29,564 bases of DNA from a virus (lineage: Duplodnaviria > Caudoviricetes), in IMG/VR virus record IMGVR_UViG_3300011102_000089, positions 1 to 29,564 of that record; one strand, written 5' to 3'. Below, one piece after another: positions 1 to 8,361 of this stretch. How positions within the stretch are numbered: the first letter of the stretch is position 1; each line of letters begins with the position of its first letter. The notes below the pieces were generated by a model. That model was given only the letters and a program-made list of their open reading frames with translations, did not search any database and had not been told where the DNA came from. The position numbers were made by a program, and so were the translations under genes.

Positions 1-1
1 C

Positions 2-988
2 CGTGAATCGCTGCGCCGCATGGCCGCCGATGGCGTCAAGGCGCAGATGTGCGTAACCAGCCCGCCGTACTTCGGCCTGCGCGATTACGGCGTGGACGGC
101 CAGCTTGGACTGGAACAGACGCCGGACGAATACGTCGCCAACATGGTCGAGGTGTTCCGCTGCGTGCGCGACGTGCTGGCCGATGATGGCACGCTGTGGC
201 TGAACCTGGGGGATAGCTACGCGAGGACTGGTGGCACAGATCGAAAAGTTAGCGAGACGGCCAAGGTCGGCAGCACTCGCAATACGCTGGAACAGATGAG
301 CGACCGCACCAGTAAGGCGGCATCGCTTGGGCTGAAAGACAAAGACCTGATAGGCATTCCCTGGCGAGTAGCCTTCGCACTCCAGGCTGACGGCTGGTAT
401 CTCCGCCAGGACATCATCTGGCACAAACCTTCGCCGATGCCGGAGAGCGTGCGCGACCGCTGCACCAAGGCACACGAGTACATCTTTCTGCTTAGCAAGT
501 CGCCGCGATACTACTTCGACAGTGACGCGATCAAAGAGCCTGCAACGACTCCACCTGGGAAGCGGCATCTACGGCGGATTGGCAAAGGTTCCGCCAAAGA
601 CGGCACACTACGCAATGACATCGGTGTTCACTCCGGGCGGGTTGGTGGCGGTGATACACGCAATAAGCGCAGCGTCTGGACTGTGGCCACCATGCCCTAC
701 AAGGGCGCGCACTTCGCGACGTTCCCGCCCGCGTTGATCGAGCCGTGCATCCTGGCAGGTTCGCGGCCGGGTGACGTGGTGCTCGATCCTTTCGGAGGGA
801 GCGGCACCGTGTCTGGGGTAGCGATCCTTCACGGAAGGTCTTCGGTGTTGTGCGAGATTAATCCAAAGTATGCGGCACTCGTACCTGACCGAGTACTTTC
901 CATAGCGGGCTTTCACCGACCTATTCGCCCCTATGCGAACGATAACGACATGTCTGCCTATATCGAAGCATCTGCTGCATTTCTATGA
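2..988 (+). CDS. Phage DNA methyltransferase, N4-C/N6-A beta class (5' end probably outside the window)
   Basis: Catalytic motif TSPPY precedes the SAM-binding motif VLDPFGGSGT. Also has IIWHKP, HEYIFLLSK and HFATFP. The frame is open to the window edge (RESLRRM...). The stop overlaps the helicase start (ATGA). Confidence 0.93.
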   Translation, partial: RESLRRMAADGVKAQMCVTSPPYFGLRDYGVDGQLGLEQTPDEYVANMVEVFRCVRDVLADDGTLWLNLGDSYARTGGTDRKVSETAKVGSTRNTLEQMSDRTSKAASLGLKDKDLIGIPWRVAFALQADGWYLRQDIIWHKPSPMPESVRDRCTKAHEYIFLLSKSPRYYFDSDAIKEPATTPPGKRHLRRIGKGSAKDGTLRNDIGVHSGRVGGGDTRNKRSVWTVATMPYKGAHFATFPPALIEPCILAGSRPGDVVLDPFGGSGTVSGVAILHGRSSVLCEINPKYAALVPDRVLSIAGFHRPIRPYANDNDMSAYIEASAAFL

Positions 989-2610
989 AATTCGACATCG
1001 ACGAATTCCTCAAGGAGAAGTTTGCCCAGGTTGAGCTTGAGCGGGAACAGATGCACGAATACCAGGACGGCATTGCCGTCCCTTTCCTGCTCAAGAACCC
1101 CTTCAGCGCACTTTTCGTTGACCTGGGCCTGGGTAAGACGATCATCAGCCTGACGGTCATCGCTGACCTGTTGGATCGAATCGAATTCGAACGCGCCTTG
1201 GTGATCGGCCCGGTTCGCGTCGTGTACCAAACCTGGCCGGCCGAAATCCCGAAATGGCGTCATACCGCCTGCCTCGATTGGGCGTTGATTCGTGACGAGG
1301 AATTCCAGAAGGCGATTCGTGAAGCCGGGCGGATCGCTCGTGCGCCCATCGTGGCCGCAGCACGAGAGGAAGCGATTCGTCGGGGTTTTGATCCTGACCT
1401 GGACCCGCAGCACACTCAGCAGGTGGTTAACGAATTCGTGAAGCTGCATCGGGAGCAGATCGAGCTTGCTCGACGCCAGGCCGCCCGCGTGGAGATTCGC
1501 AAGGCCACGATGCGCAACCCAGCGAATGTGCATCTGATTAACCGGGAGCAAGTTGAGTTCCTGGTCGCAGCATGGGGTCGGGATTGGCCATACGACGTTG
1601 TGATAATTGACGAATCGTCTGGCTTTGGTGATCACCGCACCAAGCGGTTCAAGGCACTGCGCCGCGTGCGCCCCCTGATCAAGCGGCTTCACGAATTGAC
1701 AGCGACACCTGCCGCCGACGGCTACATGAAGCTGTTCGGCCAAATCTACCTTCTCGACGAAGGCAAGCGCCTGGGAAAGAGCGTGACTCGCTACCGGGAT
1801 CGCTACTTCATCCGTGGCTACGACGGCTTCTCCTGGAAGTTGAGGCCCGGTGCCGAGGAGGAAATCGCTGAGAAGATCGCGGACATCTGTTTGACGTTGC
1901 GCCGTGAGGATTATCTGAAGGATTTGAAAGACCCGATATACAACCTTCGGTACATCAAACTCGGTGCTGAGCAGATGGAGCTATACCGCTCGATGGAGCG
2001 AGAGTTCGTCGCTCAGTTGCCGGATGGCGCCGAGATCGAGGCACAGAGCGCCGCCACGCTGTCGAGCAAACTGCTGCAACTCGCCTCGGGCGCCGTCTAC
2101 GACAGCGAAAAGACGATTCACTATGTTCACGATGAAAAGGTTAAGGAGTTGCAGCAGTTAGCGGACGAATCTGGCGGCAAACCACTACTGGTCGCTTATT
2201 GGTTCAAATCTTCGTTACAGCGCATAAAGGAAGCTTTTCCGAAGGCCGTCGTGATGGACGAAAAGGGCCACGCGGTGAAGGACTGGAATAAGGGGAAAAT
2301 CCCAATGCTGCTGGTCCATCCTCAGAGCGCCGGGCACGGATTGAACCTTCAAAAGGGTGGAAACCATCTCGTATTTTTTGATATTCCCTGGTCCCTTGAG
2401 CTATATCAACAAACAATCGGTAGGTTGGACCGCCAAGGTCAAACCGAGGTCGTGGTGATTCATCATTTGATCGTCAAGGGCACTATTGAGGAACATGTTG
2501 TGTCTTGCCTACGTGACAAGCGCGACATGCAGGAAATGCTTTTCCGTTTCATCAAGGCGATCCGACGATCATTTTCTCGGGGCATTCGACCACACGATGT
2601 TGTCGGATAG
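985..2610 (+). CDS. SNF2-family (SF2) phage DNA helicase
   Basis: Motifs DLGLGKT (I), IIDESS (II), TATP (III), QSAGHGLNLQ (V) and QTIGRLDRQGQ (VI). Position just upstream of the terminase genes as in chi-like phages. Confidence 0.92.
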   Translation: MKFDIDEFLKEKFAQVELEREQMHEYQDGIAVPFLLKNPFSALFVDLGLGKTIISLTVIADLLDRIEFERALVIGPVRVVYQTWPAEIPKWRHTACLDWALIRDEEFQKAIREAGRIARAPIVAAAREEAIRRGFDPDLDPQHTQQVVNEFVKLHREQIELARRQAARVEIRKATMRNPANVHLINREQVEFLVAAWGRDWPYDVVIIDESSGFGDHRTKRFKALRRVRPLIKRLHELTATPAADGYMKLFGQIYLLDEGKRLGKSVTRYRDRYFIRGYDGFSWKLRPGAEEEIAEKIADICLTLRREDYLKDLKDPIYNLRYIKLGAEQMELYRSMEREFVAQLPDGAEIEAQSAATLSSKLLQLASGAVYDSEKTIHYVHDEKVKELQQLADESGGKPLLVAYWFKSSLQRIKEAFPKAVVMDEKGHAVKDWNKGKIPMLLVHPQSAGHGLNLQKGGNHLVFFDIPWSLELYQQTIGRLDRQGQTEVVVIHHLIVKGTIEEHVVSCLRDKRDMQEMLFRFIKAIRRSFSRGIRPHDVVG

Positions 2611-2628
2611 CCCGAAATGGAGTCTAAT

Positions 2629-2650
2629 GCACTTTGGTCTTGCAAAGTGC
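2629..2650. promoter_or_regulatory. Palindromic operator candidate overlapping a TTGCAA -35-like hexamer
   Basis: Perfect 8-bp inverted repeat GCACTTTG-gtcttg-CAAAGTGC in the intergenic gap before the HTH regulator. No U-tract follows. Confidence 0.5.
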
Positions 2651-2703
2651 CCCAACGCCGTGTTGTATACCGGCCAAAATTGTTGTCGGCAGGGGCAAGA
2701 CCA

Positions 2704-3387
2704 ATGGCAAGAAAGGCGGCCGGAACAGAAGGGTTCGTCAAGAGGTTGAATCAGGCGTGTGATGATGTGCCGCACATCATTCCGCCTCACGGTGAGGGCC
2801 GACAGATCGTCCTTGCCAAGAAGATGGGTATGTCTCAAGAGGGGGTGAGAAAATGGTTTGCGGGCGAAGCGATGCCGCGCCGAGAGGCGATGCGAAAACT
2901 GGCGCAACTGCTGGAAGTCGAAGAACCATGGTTGGCGCTCGGCATAACGCCCGAAATTACCGAAGCCGAAAAAAGAGTGAATGCAAGAAACGTGGAAGGC
3001 GCGGTCTTACTCGTGATGGGTCTCATGATGCTGGCTGGCGCTCAAGTCGCACAGCCGGGAGATCGAGACCCAAACAAGGGGTTCGTTGACTTTTACGCGA
3101 TTATGCGAGGTATTCAGTTCGCGATGCACGTCTCGCTGGCCCGTCGCATTTCTGAGGGGCATTATCGGGTGATCGTGCCTCGCGAGTATGCCCATACTCG
3201 CTTGGTCGGAGTGATCCCTGTAGGAAAGGGACGATTCGAGTTCATCGACATGCCTACGCGCATGGTGAGCGAGCACAAGATGCGAAAGTCCGGTGGTTTT
3301 GTTGTAACGGTAAACCGTATTGACGGCCGTTATGTAACCGGGTCGCACACTTGGCAACGAATCAGGAATTTCGAGGAACTGGCATGA
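2704..3387 (+). CDS. XRE/CI-like HTH transcriptional regulator with an uncharacterised C-terminal domain
   Basis: N-terminal FVKRLNQACDD...GRQIVLAKKMGMSQEGVRKWFAGEAMPR...LAQLLEV..WLALG is a phage-repressor-type HTH. ATG 2704 follows AGGGG. The ORF-track start at 2617 looks too early. Confidence 0.8.
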   Translation: MARKAAGTEGFVKRLNQACDDVPHIIPPHGEGRQIVLAKKMGMSQEGVRKWFAGEAMPRREAMRKLAQLLEVEEPWLALGITPEITEAEKRVNARNVEGAVLLVMGLMMLAGAQVAQPGDRDPNKGFVDFYAIMRGIQFAMHVSLARRISEGHYRVIVPREYAHTRLVGVIPVGKGRFEFIDMPTRMVSEHKMRKSGGFVVTVNRIDGRYVTGSHTWQRIRNFEELA

Positions 3388-3611
3388 CTGATCTTGAAAT
3401 CAGTTGGGTCGCCTTGAAGGACGTGCATCAGCATTACGGGTTTAGCTCTCTTGGCGCAGCCCGCAATGCTGTCGCCGCAGGGCGGTTCCCTGTGCCCACG
3501 TACAAGATGGGCAGATTGATTGTGATCGACAAAGTGGTTCATGATGAATTTTTTAGGCGCAAACGAGAAGCGGCTTTGCGTGCTCTCGATGACAACAATC
3601 GAGGGAGTTAA
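3384..3611 (+). CDS. Small excisionase/AlpA/PrtN-like DNA-binding protein
   Basis: 75 aa. ATGA overlap with the regulator and a GAGG Shine-Dalgarno. The pattern AARNAVAAGRFPVPTYKMGRLIVID is typical of small winged-HTH phage proteins. Confidence 0.65.
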   Translation: MTDLEISWVALKDVHQHYGFSSLGAARNAVAAGRFPVPTYKMGRLIVIDKVVHDEFFRRKREAALRALDDNNRGS

Positions 3612-3629
3612 CACCAATCGGGAGAGCGT

Positions 3630-4247
3630 ATGACGACTCGTAAATCCGCCCCGAAAGCGATCGGCCTTGGGAACCTGCTGAACGACGACATCACCAGGTC
3701 GATCATTTATGAGGGTGTTACCAAATCTCAACTCGCCCAAATTTTCAATATCGATAAACGCGATATTGACCGAAAGCTGTACGGACTGAAGCCGTGTGGC
3801 AAGCGACACGAGTTTGACATTTACAAGCTGTCGGAAGCGGCAGCTTATCTTGTGCCGCCGAAGGCGAAGGACATCGAAGAAGCCATCAAGCGGATGAAGC
3901 CTTCGGATTTGCCGCCGTCGCTGTTGAAGGAATATTGGGCCGGCCAACACGCCAGGCTCAAGTTTGAGCGGGAGAATGGTGACAGTTGGCCGACAGCCGC
4001 CGTGGTTGAACTGTTAGGCGAAGTTTTCAAGACGGCTCGGATGACCCTATTGCTCGGCCGTGATCAAGTTGAGCGCCGCACCGAACTGTCTGACGCGCAA
4101 CGTAATATCATCATTGAGATTATCGACGACCTGCTGAACAAGCTGGCCGACGCGCTTGTGGAACGTTTCAAGCATGAACAAGGACGCACGCCGAACAGCC
4201 AATGGGACTCGGAACAAGACGAGGACTTCGAAAACGAAGACCTTTAA
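3630..4247 (+). CDS. Terminase small subunit (Nu1/DUF1441-like)
   Basis: Directly upstream of and overlapping TerL. N-terminal HTH (KSQLAQIFNIDKRDI), LPPSLLKEYWAGQHARLKFE motif and helical C-terminus. GGAG SD. Confidence 0.8.
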   Translation: MTTRKSAPKAIGLGNLLNDDITRSIIYEGVTKSQLAQIFNIDKRDIDRKLYGLKPCGKRHEFDIYKLSEAAAYLVPPKAKDIEEAIKRMKPSDLPPSLLKEYWAGQHARLKFERENGDSWPTAAVVELLGEVFKTARMTLLLGRDQVERRTELSDAQRNIIIEIIDDLLNKLADALVERFKHEQGRTPNSQWDSEQDEDFENEDL

Positions 4248-6360
4248 TAGCCTTGGTGAGATTGTTTGCCACCTGGCCGATATTCTGCGCCCACCTGAGC
4301 GTTTGACAGTCCCCGAGGCTGCCGAGAAATACGTCCGTGTGAACAACCCAGGTGCTTACATTGGGCCGTTTCGGAACTCGATGGCTTGGTACATGGTCAA
4401 GCCAGCCCAAACGCTAACTGCCCGTGATAAGAAGGCGGTCATTTTCGTCGGCAGTGCGCAGTCGAGCAAGACGCAATCTCTGATCCTGAACTGGCTCGCT
4501 TATACCGTCACTGTCGATCCGATGGACATGATCATTTACTCGCCAACGAAAGGCGCGGCTCGCGACTTTTCGATGCGGCGGGTAGACCGCATGCACCGTG
4601 ATAGCCCTGAAGTCGGGAAACACATTCTCAAACAGCGCGACGCCGATAACAAGTTCGATAAGTTGTACGACAGCGGCATTATGCTTACGCTGTCGCACCC
4701 GTCCGTGACTGAACTCGCCGGCCGTCCGATACCTCGTGTAGCCCTCACCGATTACGACCGGATGGATGATGATATCGGTGGCGATGGCTCACCGTTCGAC
4801 CTGGCGAGCAAGCGGACGACGACCTTCGGTTCTTTCGCGATGACAGTGGCTGAGTCGTCACCATCGAAACCGATTACTGACCCGAAATACATTCCCAAGA
4901 CCAAGCACGAAGCGCCCCCGGCGAACGGCATTCTCGCCCTCTACAACCGTGGCGACAGGCAGCGTCGCTATTGGCAGTGCCCGAAATGTGACGATTGGTT
5001 TGAGCCAAACTTTCGCATGTTCGTATGGGATCGCACCAAGCCGACCAAGGTTGAGCAAGCCGAAACGGTCATGCTGGCTTGTCCGCATTGCGGCCACAAG
5101 ATTCCGCCGACGATGCGCAACGAACTCGACATGTTCGGGGAGTGGTTGGAAGACGGTCAGTGGATCGACAAGAACGGCAAAATTCATGGACCGAGTTCGC
5201 GGAATCCCATTGCTTCGTTTTGGCTCAACGGTGTGATCGCCAGCTTCATCTCTTGGAAGGATTTGGTGATCAACTACCTTACTGCCGAGGAAGCGTATGA
5301 GCGCACAGGTAGTGAGGAAGAACTGAAGAAGTTCTACAATACCGACCTGGGTGAACCCTATCTGCCGAAAGTGCTTGAAAGCGAGCGGCGACCGGAAGTA
5401 CTCAGAGCCAGGGCTGAGCCATTCCCCGTGCGCCAGGTCGATGAGGACGAGGACCGGCTTATCACTCGGCACTATGGCGGAAAGTATGACGCTGTGGCTC
5501 CGCTGGTGCCTGTTGGCGTTCGTTTCCTTGTGGCCACGATCGACGTGCAAGCGAACGCTTTTGTGGTTTGCGTGTGGGGCGTCATGCCCGGTCTGCCGTT
5601 CGATACGCTGCTGATCGACCGATTCCATATCATGAAGTCGCATCGGACGGACCATAACGGCGAGCACCTTTGGGTTAAGCCTGGCGCCTACCTTGAGGAT
5701 TGGGACCGTATCACCGAGGAAGTCATCGAGCGCAGCTACCCGCTCGCCGATGGCTCGGGTCGCCGCATGATGATCAAGTTGGTTGGTTGCGACTCAGGTG
5801 GCCGGGAAGGCGTCACGACGAACGCCTACAACTACTACCGCAAGATACGCGCCGAAGGCTTTGCCGGTCGGTTCCACCTGCTCAAAGGCGACCCTACGCC
5901 GAACGCACCTCGTACCCGGATCAGCTACCCCGATTCCAACCGCCGAGATCGTTTTGCGGCCGCCCGTGGCGACGTGCCCGTATTGATGATCGGCTCCAAC
6001 ACCATGAAGGATACGTTGGCCCATCGGTTGGAATGCATCGAGCCTGGAAAGGGGATGATTCGTCTGCCCGAGTGGATGGCCGATTTCGTTTTCACCGAGC
6101 TTTGCGTCGAGGTGCGCACCCCGAAGGGTTGGGACAATCCCGGTCAGCGGCGAAACGAAACCTGGGACTTGGGGTATTATGCTCTTGCCCTCTGCGTTTC
6201 GCCCTTGTTGACGGTTGAGCAGATTGATTGGGACAATCCCCCAGGATGGGCGGCCGAGTGGGACGACAATATCTTGGTGACGGCGCCGAATCAAAAGCAG
6301 CGTTATGATCGAGATGAAAACCCGTTTGATTTTTCTAAGCTGGCTGAAAATCTCGCTTAA
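4174..6360 (+). CDS. Terminase large subunit, lambda gpA family
   Basis: LRPPERLTV..AAEKY, Walker-A-like GSAQSSKT, Walker-B-like ALTDYDRM, CPKC...CPHC zinc motif, FYNTDLGEPY, nuclease ATIDVQ, CDSGG and RNETWD. The start could be 4156 or 4174. Confidence 0.93.
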   Translation: MNKDARRTANGTRNKTRTSKTKTFNSLGEIVCHLADILRPPERLTVPEAAEKYVRVNNPGAYIGPFRNSMAWYMVKPAQTLTARDKKAVIFVGSAQSSKTQSLILNWLAYTVTVDPMDMIIYSPTKGAARDFSMRRVDRMHRDSPEVGKHILKQRDADNKFDKLYDSGIMLTLSHPSVTELAGRPIPRVALTDYDRMDDDIGGDGSPFDLASKRTTTFGSFAMTVAESSPSKPITDPKYIPKTKHEAPPANGILALYNRGDRQRRYWQCPKCDDWFEPNFRMFVWDRTKPTKVEQAETVMLACPHCGHKIPPTMRNELDMFGEWLEDGQWIDKNGKIHGPSSRNPIASFWLNGVIASFISWKDLVINYLTAEEAYERTGSEEELKKFYNTDLGEPYLPKVLESERRPEVLRARAEPFPVRQVDEDEDRLITRHYGGKYDAVAPLVPVGVRFLVATIDVQANAFVVCVWGVMPGLPFDTLLIDRFHIMKSHRTDHNGEHLWVKPGAYLEDWDRITEEVIERSYPLADGSGRRMMIKLVGCDSGGREGVTTNAYNYYRKIRAEGFAGRFHLLKGDPTPNAPRTRISYPDSNRRDRFAAARGDVPVLMIGSNTMKDTLAHRLECIEPGKGMIRLPEWMADFVFTELCVEVRTPKGWDNPGQRRNETWDLGYYALALCVSPLLTVEQIDWDNPPGWAAEWDDNILVTAPNQKQRYDRDENPFDFSKLAENLA

Positions 6361-6412
6361 AACCGATTTCAACTGATTCAAAATCGTTCTTTTTCGCTGA
6401 AACTTCAAAGAC

Positions 6413-6442
6413 TTGTGCCGTAGGTCGGAAGTGGGTTACTAT
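6413..6442 (+). promoter_or_regulatory. Putative sigma70-like promoter for the head/tail operon
   Basis: TTGTGC-N18-TACTAT in the 133-bp AT-rich gap between terL and gpW. Confidence 0.35.
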
Positions 6443-6493
6443 TTAATCCACTGACTGTTTTCCCGTTTGTTTTGCGCCCTGGGCAACAACAAA

Positions 6494-6712
6494 ATGGCAT
6501 GCCAACAACAACTTCTTGATGATGCGCGTGCAGCCTATCACCGGCTGATGACGGGGAAATCCGTCCGCGAGGTTCGCGATCAGAACGGCGAGACTGTCAC
6601 CTACACGGTTGCCAATGCGGCAAAGCTGGCCGCGTACATCGCGCAGCTTGAGGCTGAATGCGCCAAGGCCAATGGTCGAAGGCATATCGGCCCGCTCGGG
6701 ATGATCTTCTGA
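6494..6712 (+). CDS. Head-tail joining protein, lambda gpW-like
   Basis: LDDARAAYHRLMTGKSVREVRDQNGETVTYT..NAAKLAAYIAQLE matches gpW. Lies between TerL and portal. Confidence 0.9.
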   Translation: MACQQQLLDDARAAYHRLMTGKSVREVRDQNGETVTYTVANAAKLAAYIAQLEAECAKANGRRHIGPLGMIF

Positions 6713-6714
6713 TC

Positions 6715-8361
6715 ATGAACGCCATCGTGGAAGCCCCGATCCGTCGCGTAAAAATTCAGCCCGTCGAGCAGGCGGCCATGGGCGGTGGCCTGCAAGGTGC
6801 CGAGCGCACCAGCCGCGAAACGATGTCGTGGAATCCCACGATGCGTTCGCCCGACCAGGTGATCAATCTGGTCAAGCCGATGGCGGATGCTCGTGGCAAG
6901 GACATGGTGCGCAACGACGGCTACGCCATGGGCGCCGTCAATGTCCACAAGGACAGCATCGTCGGCGCCTACTACCGCCTGAACGCGCAACCGAACTGGA
7001 AGGTGTTGGGCGCCCCAGAAGGTTGGGCCGAGGAATTCCAGGAAGTCATCGAGGCTCGCTTCAACCTGCTGGCAGAATCTGAACACTGTTGGCTCGACGC
7101 TTCCGGCGTGAATACCTTCACGGGGATGGTCCGCCTGGTTGTTGGCGGATTTGTGTACACAGGCGAAGCCCTGGCCGTGGCCGAGTGGCTGCGCGAGTCG
7201 ATCCGCCCGCTGCGCACTGCGATCCAATTGATTTCGCCGGACCGCTTGAGCAACCCCGATGACATGCCTGACGACCGAAACTGGCGTCGTGGTATCTACA
7301 GGGACGAGCGTGGCCGGCCGCTCAAGTACGCTTTCCGTAAGGCTTACCCAACCGAAAGCTACGACGACAAGTCGATGCAGTGGGTGATCGTGCCGGCGTT
7401 CAAGCCTTGGGGTCGGCGCCAGGTGATCCACATCATCGAGCAGCTAATGCCGGATCAGTCGCGGGGTGTTGCCGACATGGTGGCGGCGCTCAAGCAGATG
7501 CGGATGACCAAATCGTTCCAGGAAGTCACCCTTCAGAACGCGGTCATCAACGCCTCGTTTGCAGCCGCCATCGAGTCCGAGTTGCCGCCCGAGATCGTCT
7601 ACCAGAACCTCGGTGCTGCGGAACCCGGCGCCTGGCTGAAGCAAGTTGCTTCCTACATGGAAGCCCTAAACAGCTACCTGGGCGCCGCCAACAACATCAA
7701 GCTGGATGGGGCGAAAATCCCTCACCTGTTCCCCGGAACGAAGCTGAACATGCAGCCGATGGGGACGCCAGGTGGTGTTGGTACGGCCTTCGAGGAATCA
7801 CTGCTGCGTTACATCGCGGCTGCCCTCGGCCTGTCCTACGAGGAACTGTCGAAGGACTATTCGAAGACCAGCTATTCCTCGGCTCGCGCCAGCATGATCA
7901 ACACTTGGCGCTTCATGCAGGCCCGAAAAAAGGCAGTGGCCGATCGCTTCGCCTCGGCGGTCTACGCGCTGGTACTGGAAGAAGAAATCTCGCGCGGCAA
8001 TGTCCCGCTGCCGCCCGGTAAGACCAAGGCACACTTCTACGAACCGTTGATGAAAGAGGCCTACACGGCCTGCTCGTGGATCGGTGCCAGCCGTGGCCAG
8101 ATCGACGAGTTGAAGGAAACCCAAGCTGCAATCATGCGCATCAAGAGCGGTCTGTCCACCTATGAGGACGAGATTGCAAAACTGGGCAAGGACTACCGCG
8201 AGATTTTTGCGCAACGTGCCCGTGAGGAAAAGCTGATCAAGGCGAAGGGTCTATACTTCACCATGGACGCGCAGCGCGAAGGTAAGCGCGAGCCGCAAAA
8301 CACTATGTCCGATGACCGTCAACAATCGGACACTGAAACTACTTCCGAGGACGAAGAATGA
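6715..8361 (+). CDS. Portal protein, lambda family
   Basis: ARGKDMVRNDGYAMGAV, PDQSRGV, LGLSYEELSKDYSKTSYSSARAS and IDELKE motifs, plus synteny. Confidence 0.93.
   Translation: MNAIVEAPIRRVKIQPVEQAAMGGGLQGAERTSRETMSWNPTMRSPDQVINLVKPMADARGKDMVRNDGYAMGAVNVHKDSIVGAYYRLNAQPNWKVLGAPEGWAEEFQEVIEARFNLLAESEHCWLDASGVNTFTGMVRLVVGGFVYTGEALAVAEWLRESIRPLRTAIQLISPDRLSNPDDMPDDRNWRRGIYRDERGRPLKYAFRKAYPTESYDDKSMQWVIVPAFKPWGRRQVIHIIEQLMPDQSRGVADMVAALKQMRMTKSFQEVTLQNAVINASFAAAIESELPPEIVYQNLGAAEPGAWLKQVASYMEALNSYLGAANNIKLDGAKIPHLFPGTKLNMQPMGTPGGVGTAFEESLLRYIAAALGLSYEELSKDYSKTSYSSARASMINTWRFMQARKKAVADRFASAVYALVLEEEISRGNVPLPPGKTKAHFYEPLMKEAYTACSWIGASRGQIDELKETQAAIMRIKSGLSTYEDEIAKLGKDYREIFAQRAREEKLIKAKGLYFTMDAQREGKREPQNTMSDDRQQSDTETTSEDEE

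Noticed and set aside
1291-1500. Intein in the helicase (or in TerL near 5419-5500)
   Set aside because: Too short and lacking Cys/Ser N-terminal and His-Asn C-terminal splicing motifs.
3612-3629. cos site upstream of terS as in lambda
   Set aside because: Only 18 bp separate the genes and no cos-like symmetry is visible. The packaging site is probably outside the window.
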